Shown: in pieces, positions 27,195 through 35,441 of the stretch
Numbering within the stretch: the stretch's first letter is position 1
Layout of the letters: every line of letters begins with the position of its first letter
Source of the DNA: Candidatus Micrarchaeota archaeon
GTDB lineage: Archaea > Micrarchaeota > Micrarchaeia > Anstonellales > Bilamarchaeaceae
Assembly: GCA_016935455.1 (NCBI GenBank)
Contig: JAFGQX010000055.1
Span: 1-36,731, forward strand
DNA: 36,731 bases
Direction of reading: 5' to 3'
The notes under the pieces: generated by a model
What the model was told of the DNA's origin: nothing
Databases searched by the model: none
What the model saw: only the letters and a program-made list of their open reading frames with translations
Position numbers and translations under genes: made by a program

Positions 27195-27536
27195 CTAACA
27201 GACAAGAACCACATTTTTGGGCTCTATTTTCTGCTCCACCAGTTCTTCAATGGACATTACTTTTCCTCCGCATTCGCTGATTGTCTTCTTTGCCCTTCCG
27301 CTGAATGAAAAGGCTGCTATAGTTATCTTTTTGTCTAGATTTCCGTCACCCAGCACTTTTCCGGGAACAACTACAATTATCCCTTCCTTTGCATACCTGT
27401 TAATCTTGCTTAAATTAACCTCTACCTTTTTCCTTCTGGGTCTTTCAAGCAGTTCCGCAGTTCTTAACCAGACAGGTTTTTTTTCTTTCCTAAGTCTGTT
27501 GATTACATCAACAATATGCTGATTTTCTTTTTTCAT
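27195..27536 (-). CDS. rpl18e: 50S ribosomal protein L18e
   Basis: MKKENQHIVDVINRLRKE...ERPRRKKVEVNLSKINRYA. The internal ATG 27536 is preceded by GAGGCGGTGA. The track start 27563 would add 9 non-homologous residues. Confidence 0.88.
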   Translation of the reverse strand: MKKENQHIVDVINRLRKEKKPVWLRTAELLERPRRKKVEVNLSKINRYAKEGIIVVVPGKVLGDGNLDKKITIAAFSFSGRAKKTISECGGKVMSIEELVEQKIEPKNVVLVC

Positions 27537-27602
27537 ATTCACCGCCTCACGGCTCGCCCTCATCCGAGGACTTAAATGAGAATAGGAGTTATTAGTATCA
27601 AT

Positions 27603-27618
27603 ATATTTATAAATAAAA
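27603..27618 (-). promoter_or_regulatory. Candidate TATA box for the rpl18e-rpl13-rps9-rpoN-tRNA-rps2 operon
   Basis: The minus strand reads ttttatttataaatat, about 70 nt upstream of the rpl18e ATG, in the gap after the sufD-like stop. Confidence 0.35.
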
Positions 27619-27621
27619 GGG

Positions 27622-28194
27622 TCAGACTAGAAAACCTTCAATAATCATCCTTTCTGCATCTCTTTTTCCCATCCCCCTGCTCATAAGATAAAACACCTTT
27701 CCCTCGTTAATTCTTTCAATCCCTGCCGAGTGCCTGCCGGTTATGCCCGTTCCCTGAATCTCAAGTTCCGGCTGCATTTCTGCGTATGAGTTATCATTTA
27801 AAATAAGAACCTTCTCATCAAGACTGCCGTTTCCTGAAGAACCCTCTGCACCCGAGATTATTCCCTTAATCCCTGCAGCCGCTCCGTTATCCAGAACCGC
27901 CCTTGTTTTGACTGAAGAAATTGTCTTTTCTGCAAGATGCTCCACGTGGATTTCAGACCTAACCTTTTTTCCGTCCGCTTCTATAAACGATTTCAATTCT
28001 GCAGATGATTTTTTCCCTTCGAGGAATACCCAGACTGTTTCGCTGATATTTTTTCCGCGGACTGTCCTTTTAAGAACCGAGTTTTCTTTAAGTATGAATG
28101 CCAGTACTCCGCCCTTGTATTTATCTTCATTTATTTCTATGGTTTCTCCTTTTTCCAGATAGATGGCGTTTTTCCTTATTTCTTTCCGGTTCAT
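27622..28194 (-). CDS. sufD: Short SufD-like Fe-S assembly protein (SufBD family, C-terminal part only)
   Basis: 190 aa. The C-terminus GRHSAGIERINEGKVFYLMSRGMGKRDAERMIIEGFL parallels the SufB sequence HEASVGKISEESIFYLMSRGFSRDEAHRMLVIGF. It overlaps sufB by 4 nt. Confidence 0.75.
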   Translation of the reverse strand: MNRKEIRKNAIYLEKGETIEINEDKYKGGVLAFILKENSVLKRTVRGKNISETVWVFLEGKKSSAELKSFIEADGKKVRSEIHVEHLAEKTISSVKTRAVLDNGAAAGIKGIISGAEGSSGNGSLDEKVLILNDNSYAEMQPELEIQGTGITGRHSAGIERINEGKVFYLMSRGMGKRDAERMIIEGFLV

Positions 28195-29510
28195 TTTTCT
28201 CCGACCTCCATATCCAGAAGCTTGTTTATCTCCACTGCGTATTCAAAAGGAAGTTTTTTTATGAATTCCTCGGCAAAGCCGATTACCAGCATCCTGTGTG
28301 CCTCGTCCCTGCTGAAACCTCTGCTCATAAGATAAAAAATGGATTCTTCGCTTATTTTTCCCACCGAAGCTTCATGTGAGACAGATGCTTTTTTCCCTTT
28401 TGCTTTTATTTTGGGGTATGTATTTGAATGGGATTTTTCATCAAGCACTATTCCATCACATCTTACACTTGACACGATGCCTTCAGCATCTTTGGTTGCA
28501 TCAATTATTCCCCTGTAATTTGCTGTTCCGCCGTCTTTTGATATTGATTTTGATGTTATCGATGAATGTGTTTCTGGTGCCAGATGGAATATCTTTCCTC
28601 CCGTATCCTGAATCTGCCCTCCTCCGGCATATCCGATGCTGAGCATCTCGCACTTTGCACCTTTTCCGGAAAGCAGAACCGAGGGGTATTTCATATTTAC
28701 CTTTGAACCAATATTTCCGTCCATCCATTCAATGTATGCGTTTTCCTCTGCAAAAGCCCTTTTTGTTGCAAGATTGTAAACATTTGTAGACCAGTTTTGG
28801 ATGGTGGTATATCGTACTTTTGAGTTTTTAGATGCAAAAACCTCAACCACTGCAGCGTGAAGTGATGCTGTGGAATATGTGGGTGCAGAGCACCCTTCAA
28901 TATAATGCACCTCAGCACCTTCATCAGCAATTATCAGGGTTCTTTCAAACTGGCCCATATTCTGCGTATTCATCTTAAAATACGTCTGAAGGGGAGCTTC
29001 AACTTTTGTGTTTTTAGGAATGTATATGAATGTTCCCCCTGACCATACTGCAGTATTAAGAGCCGAGAATTTGTTGTCAGAAGGCGGAACAAGCTTTCCA
29101 AAATATTTTTTTACCATCTCGGGATATTTCTTAAGTGCTGAATCCATATCAGTGAATATTACCCCCTGTTTTTCCCATCTTTTTTTCAGCTGTTCATATA
29201 CTGCAGTGGATTCATAGTGTGCAAGAGAGCCCCCAAGAAGTTTTTTTTCAGCTTTTGGAATACCCAGTTCTTCAAACTGCTTTTTTATTTTCTCCGGAAC
29301 ATTTTTCCAGTCAGTCGCCTTCCTTTTTTCCCCTTTAATATAATATACTATCTCGCCGAAATCAAGTTCAGATAAATCCGGCCCCCATTCGGGAATTTTT
29401 TTTCCAATAAAAATATTGTATGCCCCCAGTCTTTTTTCCAGCATCCATTCCGGCTCATTTTTAATGGCGGATATCTCCCTGATCTTTTTTTTGCTGAGTC
29501 CTTTTTCCAT
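28191..29510 (-). CDS. sufB: Fe-S cluster assembly protein SufB
   Basis: 439 aa, SufBD family, adjacent to sufC/sufS. Confidence 0.9.
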   Translation of the reverse strand: MEKGLSKKKIREISAIKNEPEWMLEKRLGAYNIFIGKKIPEWGPDLSELDFGEIVYYIKGEKRKATDWKNVPEKIKKQFEELGIPKAEKKLLGGSLAHYESTAVYEQLKKRWEKQGVIFTDMDSALKKYPEMVKKYFGKLVPPSDNKFSALNTAVWSGGTFIYIPKNTKVEAPLQTYFKMNTQNMGQFERTLIIADEGAEVHYIEGCSAPTYSTASLHAAVVEVFASKNSKVRYTTIQNWSTNVYNLATKRAFAEENAYIEWMDGNIGSKVNMKYPSVLLSGKGAKCEMLSIGYAGGGQIQDTGGKIFHLAPETHSSITSKSISKDGGTANYRGIIDATKDAEGIVSSVRCDGIVLDEKSHSNTYPKIKAKGKKASVSHEASVGKISEESIFYLMSRGFSRDEAHRMLVIGFAEEFIKKLPFEYAVEINKLLDMEVGEK

Positions 29511-29566
29511 TGGTTATTTTGAGACAGGCATAATTATTTATTAACTTGCCACCAGACATTTTTCCG

Positions 29567-30277
29567 ATGATTTATCTCAAAATTGAGAACCTTTCTGCGG
29601 GTTTTCATAGTACTATACTGGATAATGTATCATTTGATATCAAAAAAGGAGAGTTCGTTTTGATATTGGGCCCGAACGGCTCAGGAAAAAGCACATTGTG
29701 CAGAGCACTTATGGGCGACCCCAGCCTTAAAACCAGCGGAAATATATTCTTAGAAGGCAGGAACATAACTAATTTAAGAACTGATGAACGTGCAAAACTC
29801 GGTATGTTCCTTTCTTTCCAGGACCCTCCGGCAATAGAAGGCGTTACCATACTTAAAATGCTGTACAAACTAAAAGGAGGAAAAAAAGACATAATCGTTG
29901 AGAAAAAAAGAATTCAAGAAAATGCTGAGAAAATAGGGCTGAAACAGGAATATGTCGGAAAAGATATCAATGTAAACTTTTCAGGAGGAGAAAAAAAGAG
30001 GGCAGAACTTCTTCAGCTTGCGGAGCTGAACCCCGAATTCATAATGCTTGACGAGCCGGATTCCGGAATGGATGCGGACGGCCTAAGAATGCTTGGAGAT
30101 CTCCTTGAAAAGTTAAAAGAAAAAGGAAAAACAATACTGCTTATCACCCACCAGAGTAAAATTTCCGAAATTATAACTCCGGATAAAGTAATTCTAATGA
30201 ATAACGGTTCAGTTTCTCAGGTTGGCGGCCCGGAGATTCTTGAAAAGATTCAGAAAAAAGGATACTCAGAGGATTAA
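29567..30277 (+). CDS. sufC: Fe-S cluster assembly ATPase SufC
   Basis: Walker A GPNGSGKST, ABC signature FSGGEKKR, Walker B IMLDEPDSG. ATG 29567 is preferred over the track's TTG 29546. Confidence 0.9.
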   Translation: MIYLKIENLSAGFHSTILDNVSFDIKKGEFVLILGPNGSGKSTLCRALMGDPSLKTSGNIFLEGRNITNLRTDERAKLGMFLSFQDPPAIEGVTILKMLYKLKGGKKDIIVEKKRIQENAEKIGLKQEYVGKDINVNFSGGEKKRAELLQLAELNPEFIMLDEPDSGMDADGLRMLGDLLEKLKEKGKTILLITHQSKISEIITPDKVILMNNGSVSQVGGPEILEKIQKKGYSED

Positions 30278-30278
30278 T

Positions 30279-31496
30279 ATGGATGTTGAAAAAATAAGGA
30301 ATGATTTTCCAATTCTGAAAAGAAAGATAAATGGAAAAAAACTAATCTATCTTGACAATGGTGCAACAAGCCAGAAACCCATTCAGGTTATAGATGCAGT
30401 ATCCAATTTTTACAAGAAAAACAATGCAAATATACACCGTGGAATCCACATTTTAAGCGAAGAATCTACCTTAATGTATGACGATTCCAGAAATAAGGTT
30501 TCCCGTTTTATTCATTCAAAAAATCCGGAAGAAATAATCTTTACGAGAAATGCAACCGAATCTATAAATTTAGTAATGTATTCGTGGGGGAAAGAGAACA
30601 TTTCCAGAGGAGACAAGATTGTAATCTCTGAAATGGAACACCATTCAAATCTGATACCTTGGGTTGTCCTTGCAAAAGAAAAAGGCGCCACCCTTGAATA
30701 TCTTGAACTGGATAAGGAAGGCTTAATTAAGGAAGGAGAGCTTGAAAAGATAAAAGGCGCAAAATTTGTTTCAGTTGTCCACGTTTCCAACGTTACTGGG
30801 GTAATTAACGATGTGGAGAAAATATGTAGGACTGCCAGTGAAGAAGGTGCGGTTTCCCTTGTTGACGCCTCCCAGAGCGCCCCGCATATGAAAGTCGATA
30901 TTCAAAGTATTGGGTGTGATTTTCTTGCATTCACCGGCCATAAAATGCTTGCCCCCACTGGAATAGGCGTTTTATACGGAAAAAAAGAAATCCTTGATTC
31001 TATGAATCCGTTTTTATTTGGGGGGGAAATGGTGGTTGAGGCGCACAAGTATGATATGAGATGGAATTCTGTTCCTTATAAATTTGAAGCCGGAACACCC
31101 AACATCTCAGGTGCAGTTGGTTTGGGTTCTGCAGTAGATTATCTGGAACAAATCGGAATGGAGAATATCAGGGCTCATGAAAAAAAGCTTGTTTCATATG
31201 CGCTTGAAAAACTTGGGGCTGTAAACGGCATTTCCATTATTGGCCCGCAGGATTCTTCAAGAAGAAGCGGAATCATCACATTTGAGGTGAAAGGAGTTCA
31301 TCCTCATGATGTTGCCTCCATTTTAAGTGAAGAGGGCATTTGCTTACGGTCGGGTTATCACTGCGCCCAGCCTTTGCACGAATCAATGGGTCTCCAGCCT
31401 ACTACACGGGCAAGTTTTTACATCTACAACACCGAGGAAGAGATTGACTTTCTTATTGAGAATCTAGTAAAAGTAAAGAAAATATTCGGTGTTTAA
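30279..31496 (+). CDS. sufS: Cysteine desulfurase SufS (class V aminotransferase)
   Basis: MDVEKIRNDFPILKRK...YLDNGATSQKP...FTGHKM (PLP lysine)...RSGYHCAQP. ATG 30279 lies 1 nt after the sufC stop. The track start 30222 would overlap sufC. Confidence 0.9.
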   Translation: MDVEKIRNDFPILKRKINGKKLIYLDNGATSQKPIQVIDAVSNFYKKNNANIHRGIHILSEESTLMYDDSRNKVSRFIHSKNPEEIIFTRNATESINLVMYSWGKENISRGDKIVISEMEHHSNLIPWVVLAKEKGATLEYLELDKEGLIKEGELEKIKGAKFVSVVHVSNVTGVINDVEKICRTASEEGAVSLVDASQSAPHMKVDIQSIGCDFLAFTGHKMLAPTGIGVLYGKKEILDSMNPFLFGGEMVVEAHKYDMRWNSVPYKFEAGTPNISGAVGLGSAVDYLEQIGMENIRAHEKKLVSYALEKLGAVNGISIIGPQDSSRRSGIITFEVKGVHPHDVASILSEEGICLRSGYHCAQPLHESMGLQPTTRASFYIYNTEEEIDFLIENLVKVKKIFGV

Positions 31497-31871
31497 ATGG
31501 ATGAGATTGCCAGAGAAAGAATTATAGAGCTTTATAAGAATCCCCTTAATTTTGGGACAATCCCGGATGCAGATTACACTGCAGAACTTAGAAACTCAGC
31601 CTGCGGAGACATAATTAGAATCTATCTCCAGGTAAAAAATAACAAAATAATTGATGCAAAATTTGAAGGCGAGGGTTGTGCCATAAGTATGGCTTCCGCA
31701 TCTCTTCTAACTGATTTTTTAAAAGGAAAAACACCGGAGGAAGTAAGAAATTTAGACAAAGACGACATTCAAAAAATTCTTGGAATGGACCTTTCCAGAA
31801 ACCCTTCAAGACTAAGATGTGCTCTTCTTCCCCTGGAAACTGCAAAAAAAGCACTGGCCGGCAGCAAATAA
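31497..31871 (+). CDS. sufU: SufU/IscU-type Fe-S scaffold or sulfur-transfer protein
   Basis: 124 aa with conserved Cys in ACGDII, GEGCAIS and RLRCALLP. Confidence 0.85.
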   Translation: MDEIARERIIELYKNPLNFGTIPDADYTAELRNSACGDIIRIYLQVKNNKIIDAKFEGEGCAISMASASLLTDFLKGKTPEEVRNLDKDDIQKILGMDLSRNPSRLRCALLPLETAKKALAGSK

Positions 31872-31887
31872 GCGAAAGCTGAACTAA

Positions 31888-31897
31888 TATTTATAAA
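31888..31897 (+). promoter_or_regulatory. Candidate TATA box for the ATPase-containing five-gene cluster
   Basis: The sequence tatttataaa lies about 35-40 nt upstream of ATG 31930, in the 58-nt gap after sufU. Confidence 0.35.
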
Positions 31898-31929
31898 GTA
31901 TAACGTATAACTCTTACCGTAGTGGTGCT

Positions 31930-32739
31930 ATGGTCGGACAGAGGAAATTGTATATGTATATCGCGATAGGAATCGCAGGCCTCGGCTTCCTTTTATCTAT
32001 GATTGGGGGAGGAGGGATTTTGTCTCTTTTGGGAGGTCTTTTTGCAGGGGCAGGGGCAGTGGCTTCAATAGCTTTGATGAAGTTCGGCTATGTTGTTATG
32101 CCTCTTATTACAAAACAGACAAAAACATCCGTTTATCTTGAAGAGCCATATGAGATACCGCCAAGCCAGGATGTGATTGTAAAAAAATCAGGAAACGAAT
32201 ATCTCGCATCCTCATTTTTAAGCATCAAGATATATGAATCTTCAACCGAAAAATCTCTTGAACAAAATATAGCATATAATGAGTATTTTGAAAGAGCAAT
32301 CTCCAATATGAAATATGTAACCAAAATATCCTATCTGGTTTATGTTGAGGACATCAGTGCAAAGAGGAAAGACCTGGAAACAAAAAGAGCTGAAGCCCAG
32401 CTGAGGCTTGCAAGGGAAAAAGAAAAACCTGATCCGGATGTCCTGAAAATAGACCGTTATGAAAGAGAAGTTGCGAAATATGACAATGAAATCAACAAAA
32501 TGGTGAGAGGCGAGAAACCAATGGGTGTTATTGCATATGCGATGACCACCGCCAAAGGAATAAGCAAGGAAGCTGCGATTGCAGAAGCAAAAGCGCAGGC
32601 AAAAGAACTCAGAACCCTTCTTGCAAATTCTTTGAACGTTGAAGTGGAACTCCTCACCGCCGACAGCATGCTTAAATGTTTTGAATGGGAAATGTTCTTC
32701 CCGTCCTCAAGAGAAGGAATCGAAGATTCGGTGGTCTAA
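31930..32739 (+). CDS. Hypothetical 2-TM membrane protein with a ~200-aa soluble coiled-coil-containing domain (cluster gene A)
   Basis: 269 aa. The TM segments are YMYIAIGIAGLGFLLSMIGGG and ILSLLGGLFAGAGAVASIALMKF. A charged helical segment reads KRKDLETKRAEAQLRLAREKEKPD. Its stop overlaps the next start (TAATG). Confidence 0.8.
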   Translation: MVGQRKLYMYIAIGIAGLGFLLSMIGGGGILSLLGGLFAGAGAVASIALMKFGYVVMPLITKQTKTSVYLEEPYEIPPSQDVIVKKSGNEYLASSFLSIKIYESSTEKSLEQNIAYNEYFERAISNMKYVTKISYLVYVEDISAKRKDLETKRAEAQLRLAREKEKPDPDVLKIDRYEREVAKYDNEINKMVRGEKPMGVIAYAMTTAKGISKEAAIAEAKAQAKELRTLLANSLNVEVELLTADSMLKCFEWEMFFPSSREGIEDSVV

Positions 32740-34313
32740 TGGGCGTTCTGGAAATTTCTAGGATATCCAACAAATCCCTTTCAAGAAGAAATCTTCTTGT
32801 TCATCCGGCCGAGCCTCCGATGGAAATTCTCTGCAGAGACCCGGCAAATTCAATATTTGTGGGAAAAACAAAAATGCTCCACGTCCCCTTTTTCTGGTCG
32901 TACGAAAATGTGACTAATCCGCACATTGCAGTTGTGGGTATTTCAGGTTCAGGTAAAAGCTACTTTATCAAAACATTCCTTATAAGGGCATCAATCACCT
33001 GGAACTCCAATGCAGTAATAATAGACTGGGCCGGGGAATACAAGGACTGGGTGAGAGATATAGGGGGAGAGATACTTGCTCTTGGAAAAGGCTCATACAT
33101 CAACCTTCTTGACCTTGGAGGAATGAAGCCTTACAACAGGATAAAGCAAGTTATGAGAACTCTTGAACTTCTTACAGACATAGGAAATTATCCCGAACAA
33201 AAAAGACTGACGGAAGAGGCAATAGAAAAAGCATACATTAGAGACAAATTCCAGATGGATGCAGTCGAGCAGAAAGACGAGCTTGGAAAACCGCTCAAAC
33301 CCCCGACACTCAAGAACGTAGTCAAAATACTTGAAGAAAAAGCTTCAATGGGGACCTATGAATTTCCTGCAGAACTTGAAAACGCAATCTACCGGCTTAA
33401 AAAATTCACCAAGCCCGGAGAGGATTACTTTGCAAGAAAAAGCACAATAGACCTTGAAAAACTTATTACCAGCGGGGTTGTTGATATTGACCTTTCCGGC
33501 CTTCCGGATGAAAGGGCAAGAGCACTCGGCGCCCTTACAATCCTTCAGTTTATAAAAGAAAAAATGAGAGCGACAGGATGGGCAAAAACAAAGGGACTCA
33601 GGCTCCTGGTTGTCCTTGACGAAGCGTGGAAGATATCCAAAGAGGAAAACAGCGATGCTGTGATGATTGTCAGGGAAGGACGAAAATATAATTTCGGAAT
33701 GATAATTGCAAGCCAGAACCCGACAGATATAAGCGAGGCGATATTTTCAAATGTCGGAACAACATTTATTCTCAAGGTTAAATTTGAAAAATACCTTGAT
33801 TATCTTCAGGGAACATTGAATTTCTCTGAATTTATGAGGCATGAAATTTCCACTCTTGGCGTCGGACAGACTGCGGTTAATATGGCATTCACCACGCCGA
33901 CACCCTACCCCTCAACATTCCTTATAGACAAAATAGTCGGGGAGGAGCCTTCGGTTGAATATTTCCTTCTATTGGAAAGTGTTCTGACCGACAAACAGAA
34001 AAAGGATGATACTATGGCCAAATCAATAGCTTTTGATAAGGGAGAATTTAGGAGGAAACTGATTGAATACGGGCTTTCAGAAGAAAATATAGTAAACATG
34101 CTCGGACTTTTTGACAGAAACAACCGGAGAATGGGCATCATTGCTTTTGTTCTTCTTCTTGAAAGGACAGGTCTTGAAAGAAAAAGAATAGCTGATTTCC
34201 TTCAGGAGATGGGGATTGAAGATTCAGTGATGATAAATATTTTTGTCAATGTAGACAAAAAGAGAAGCAAATTTGAAGGGCGGGATATTTCACAGCTTGT
34301 TCTGGAGGATTAA
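32739..34313 (+). CDS. FtsK-HerA superfamily P-loop ATPase, VirB4/TraC/HerA-like (cluster gene B)
   Basis: 524 aa from ATG 32739. Motifs are Walker A VVGISGSGKSYF, IIDWAGEY, Walker B RLLVVLDEAWK and VREGRKYNFGMIIASQNPTDI. It also has a ~110-aa C-terminal extension. The track start 32685 overlaps gene A. Confidence 0.8.
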   Translation: MGVLEISRISNKSLSRRNLLVHPAEPPMEILCRDPANSIFVGKTKMLHVPFFWSYENVTNPHIAVVGISGSGKSYFIKTFLIRASITWNSNAVIIDWAGEYKDWVRDIGGEILALGKGSYINLLDLGGMKPYNRIKQVMRTLELLTDIGNYPEQKRLTEEAIEKAYIRDKFQMDAVEQKDELGKPLKPPTLKNVVKILEEKASMGTYEFPAELENAIYRLKKFTKPGEDYFARKSTIDLEKLITSGVVDIDLSGLPDERARALGALTILQFIKEKMRATGWAKTKGLRLLVVLDEAWKISKEENSDAVMIVREGRKYNFGMIIASQNPTDISEAIFSNVGTTFILKVKFEKYLDYLQGTLNFSEFMRHEISTLGVGQTAVNMAFTTPTPYPSTFLIDKIVGEEPSVEYFLLLESVLTDKQKKDDTMAKSIAFDKGEFRRKLIEYGLSEENIVNMLGLFDRNNRRMGIIAFVLLLERTGLERKRIADFLQEMGIEDSVMINIFVNVDKKRSKFEGRDISQLVLED

Positions 34314-34314
34314 C

Positions 34315-34686
34315 ATGAAAGTCTGCATTGAATGTAAAAAAGAGCTTAAAAAAGAAGACCTTAAAAAGGCAGTAAAAGTTAAAGATGACAGAATAATAAA
34401 AACAATAAGAAGCATTAAAAAGAAGCTTAATATTGCTGCGAACAATGAACTTTACATATGCGCAGAATGCCTTCAGGAGCACAAGAGGAAGAGAAAGGAT
34501 TATGAAAAAAATATGGTTCTGATAATTGCTCTTTCAGTCCTGATATTTCTTGGTCTTGGTTTTCTTCCGATAATTGCAGCAGGACAGTTCAGGCTGTCTT
34601 CTTTCCTTGCAGGTCTTCTGGTGGGGGCAATACTTATAGTTCTGGCGGGAATACTCAAATACACTCCTGCTGCGGAGGGGACATGA
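34315..34686 (+). CDS. Hypothetical zinc-ribbon plus 2-TM membrane protein (cluster gene C)
   Basis: 123 aa from ATG 34315, with GGAGGA 5 nt upstream. It has CIEC...CAEC, then LIIALSVLIFLGLGFLPIIAAG and LAGLLVGAILIVLAGIL. Confidence 0.75.
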   Translation: MKVCIECKKELKKEDLKKAVKVKDDRIIKTIRSIKKKLNIAANNELYICAECLQEHKRKRKDYEKNMVLIIALSVLIFLGLGFLPIIAAGQFRLSSFLAGLLVGAILIVLAGILKYTPAAEGT

Positions 34687-35436
34687 ATGGTTGATATTCT
34701 GAAAGGAAGCAAAAAAAGCGAGGAAGTGCACAATCCTCTTGTGGATAGTTTTACAGTCAGCGGAAAACTAAAAAGTTCTTTCAAGGAAATTTCAAAAATC
34801 CTCAGTGCAGTTTCATTTCTTGAGGTTGCTCCGGAAAGCAATGCGATTAATGTTGCTTACGTGGAAAGCCGGGATATAAACGGAAAACCGTACACTTTTA
34901 CACTACTCAGGATAAAAAAGGAAGAAGCCAGTGTTGTTTATTCAATCCCACCAAACATTGCTCCGAATAAAAGAAAACTGGATGTGGTAAGGTATTTTAT
35001 AAATATACTTAACCTGATGGGAAAAAATTATCAGGTTGAAACAAGACTTGTTTTCAGCCTCATTGAAGATGCGGTTAAAGGCCTTGGAGAGCTTATTGAC
35101 AAGGAAAGCTCGAAGGTTTATATTGAATATGACACTATGAAAAAAGAGGTTGCCCAGCTCAGGTCAAAAGCCAGCTCGCTTAAAAACCAGAACGAAGAGC
35201 TCAAAAACAAGATATATGAGCTGAAAAACCAGAACGAAGAACTCACTTTGAAACTTTCAAAATTTGAAGCAATTTCCGATGAATCTTTGAAAACCCGCCT
35301 TGTTGAGTGGATAAGGGACCACAGCGGAAAGATAAACATCCCTGAGTTTTCAAAGGTTTACAATATAAGCGAGGGCAGGGTTGAAGATGTCCTTAATATG
35401 ATGGTTACTGAAGGTTATCTTAGTGCTGCAAGGTAA
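34687..35436 (+). CDS. Hypothetical coiled-coil protein with a C-terminal winged-helix-like domain (cluster gene D)
   Basis: 249 aa. The ATG directly abuts the upstream TGA. It has the heptad repeat LKNQNEELKNKIYELKNQNEELTLKL and the C-terminal INIPEFSKVYNISEGRVEDVLNMMVTEGYL. Confidence 0.75.
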   Translation: MVDILKGSKKSEEVHNPLVDSFTVSGKLKSSFKEISKILSAVSFLEVAPESNAINVAYVESRDINGKPYTFTLLRIKKEEASVVYSIPPNIAPNKRKLDVVRYFINILNLMGKNYQVETRLVFSLIEDAVKGLGELIDKESSKVYIEYDTMKKEVAQLRSKASSLKNQNEELKNKIYELKNQNEELTLKLSKFEAISDESLKTRLVEWIRDHSGKINIPEFSKVYNISEGRVEDVLNMMVTEGYLSAAR

Positions 35437-35441
35437 TTTTA

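Noticed and set aside
30222-30278. N-terminally extended ORF starts from the track (30222 sufS, 32685 ATPase, 34273 zinc-ribbon gene, 11892 rpl14, 14569 rpl6, 29546 sufC)
   Set aside because: The extensions overlap the upstream gene, have no homology to the family N-termini, and lack SD spacing. In each case an internal ATG with a proper SD and/or stop-start coupling is present.
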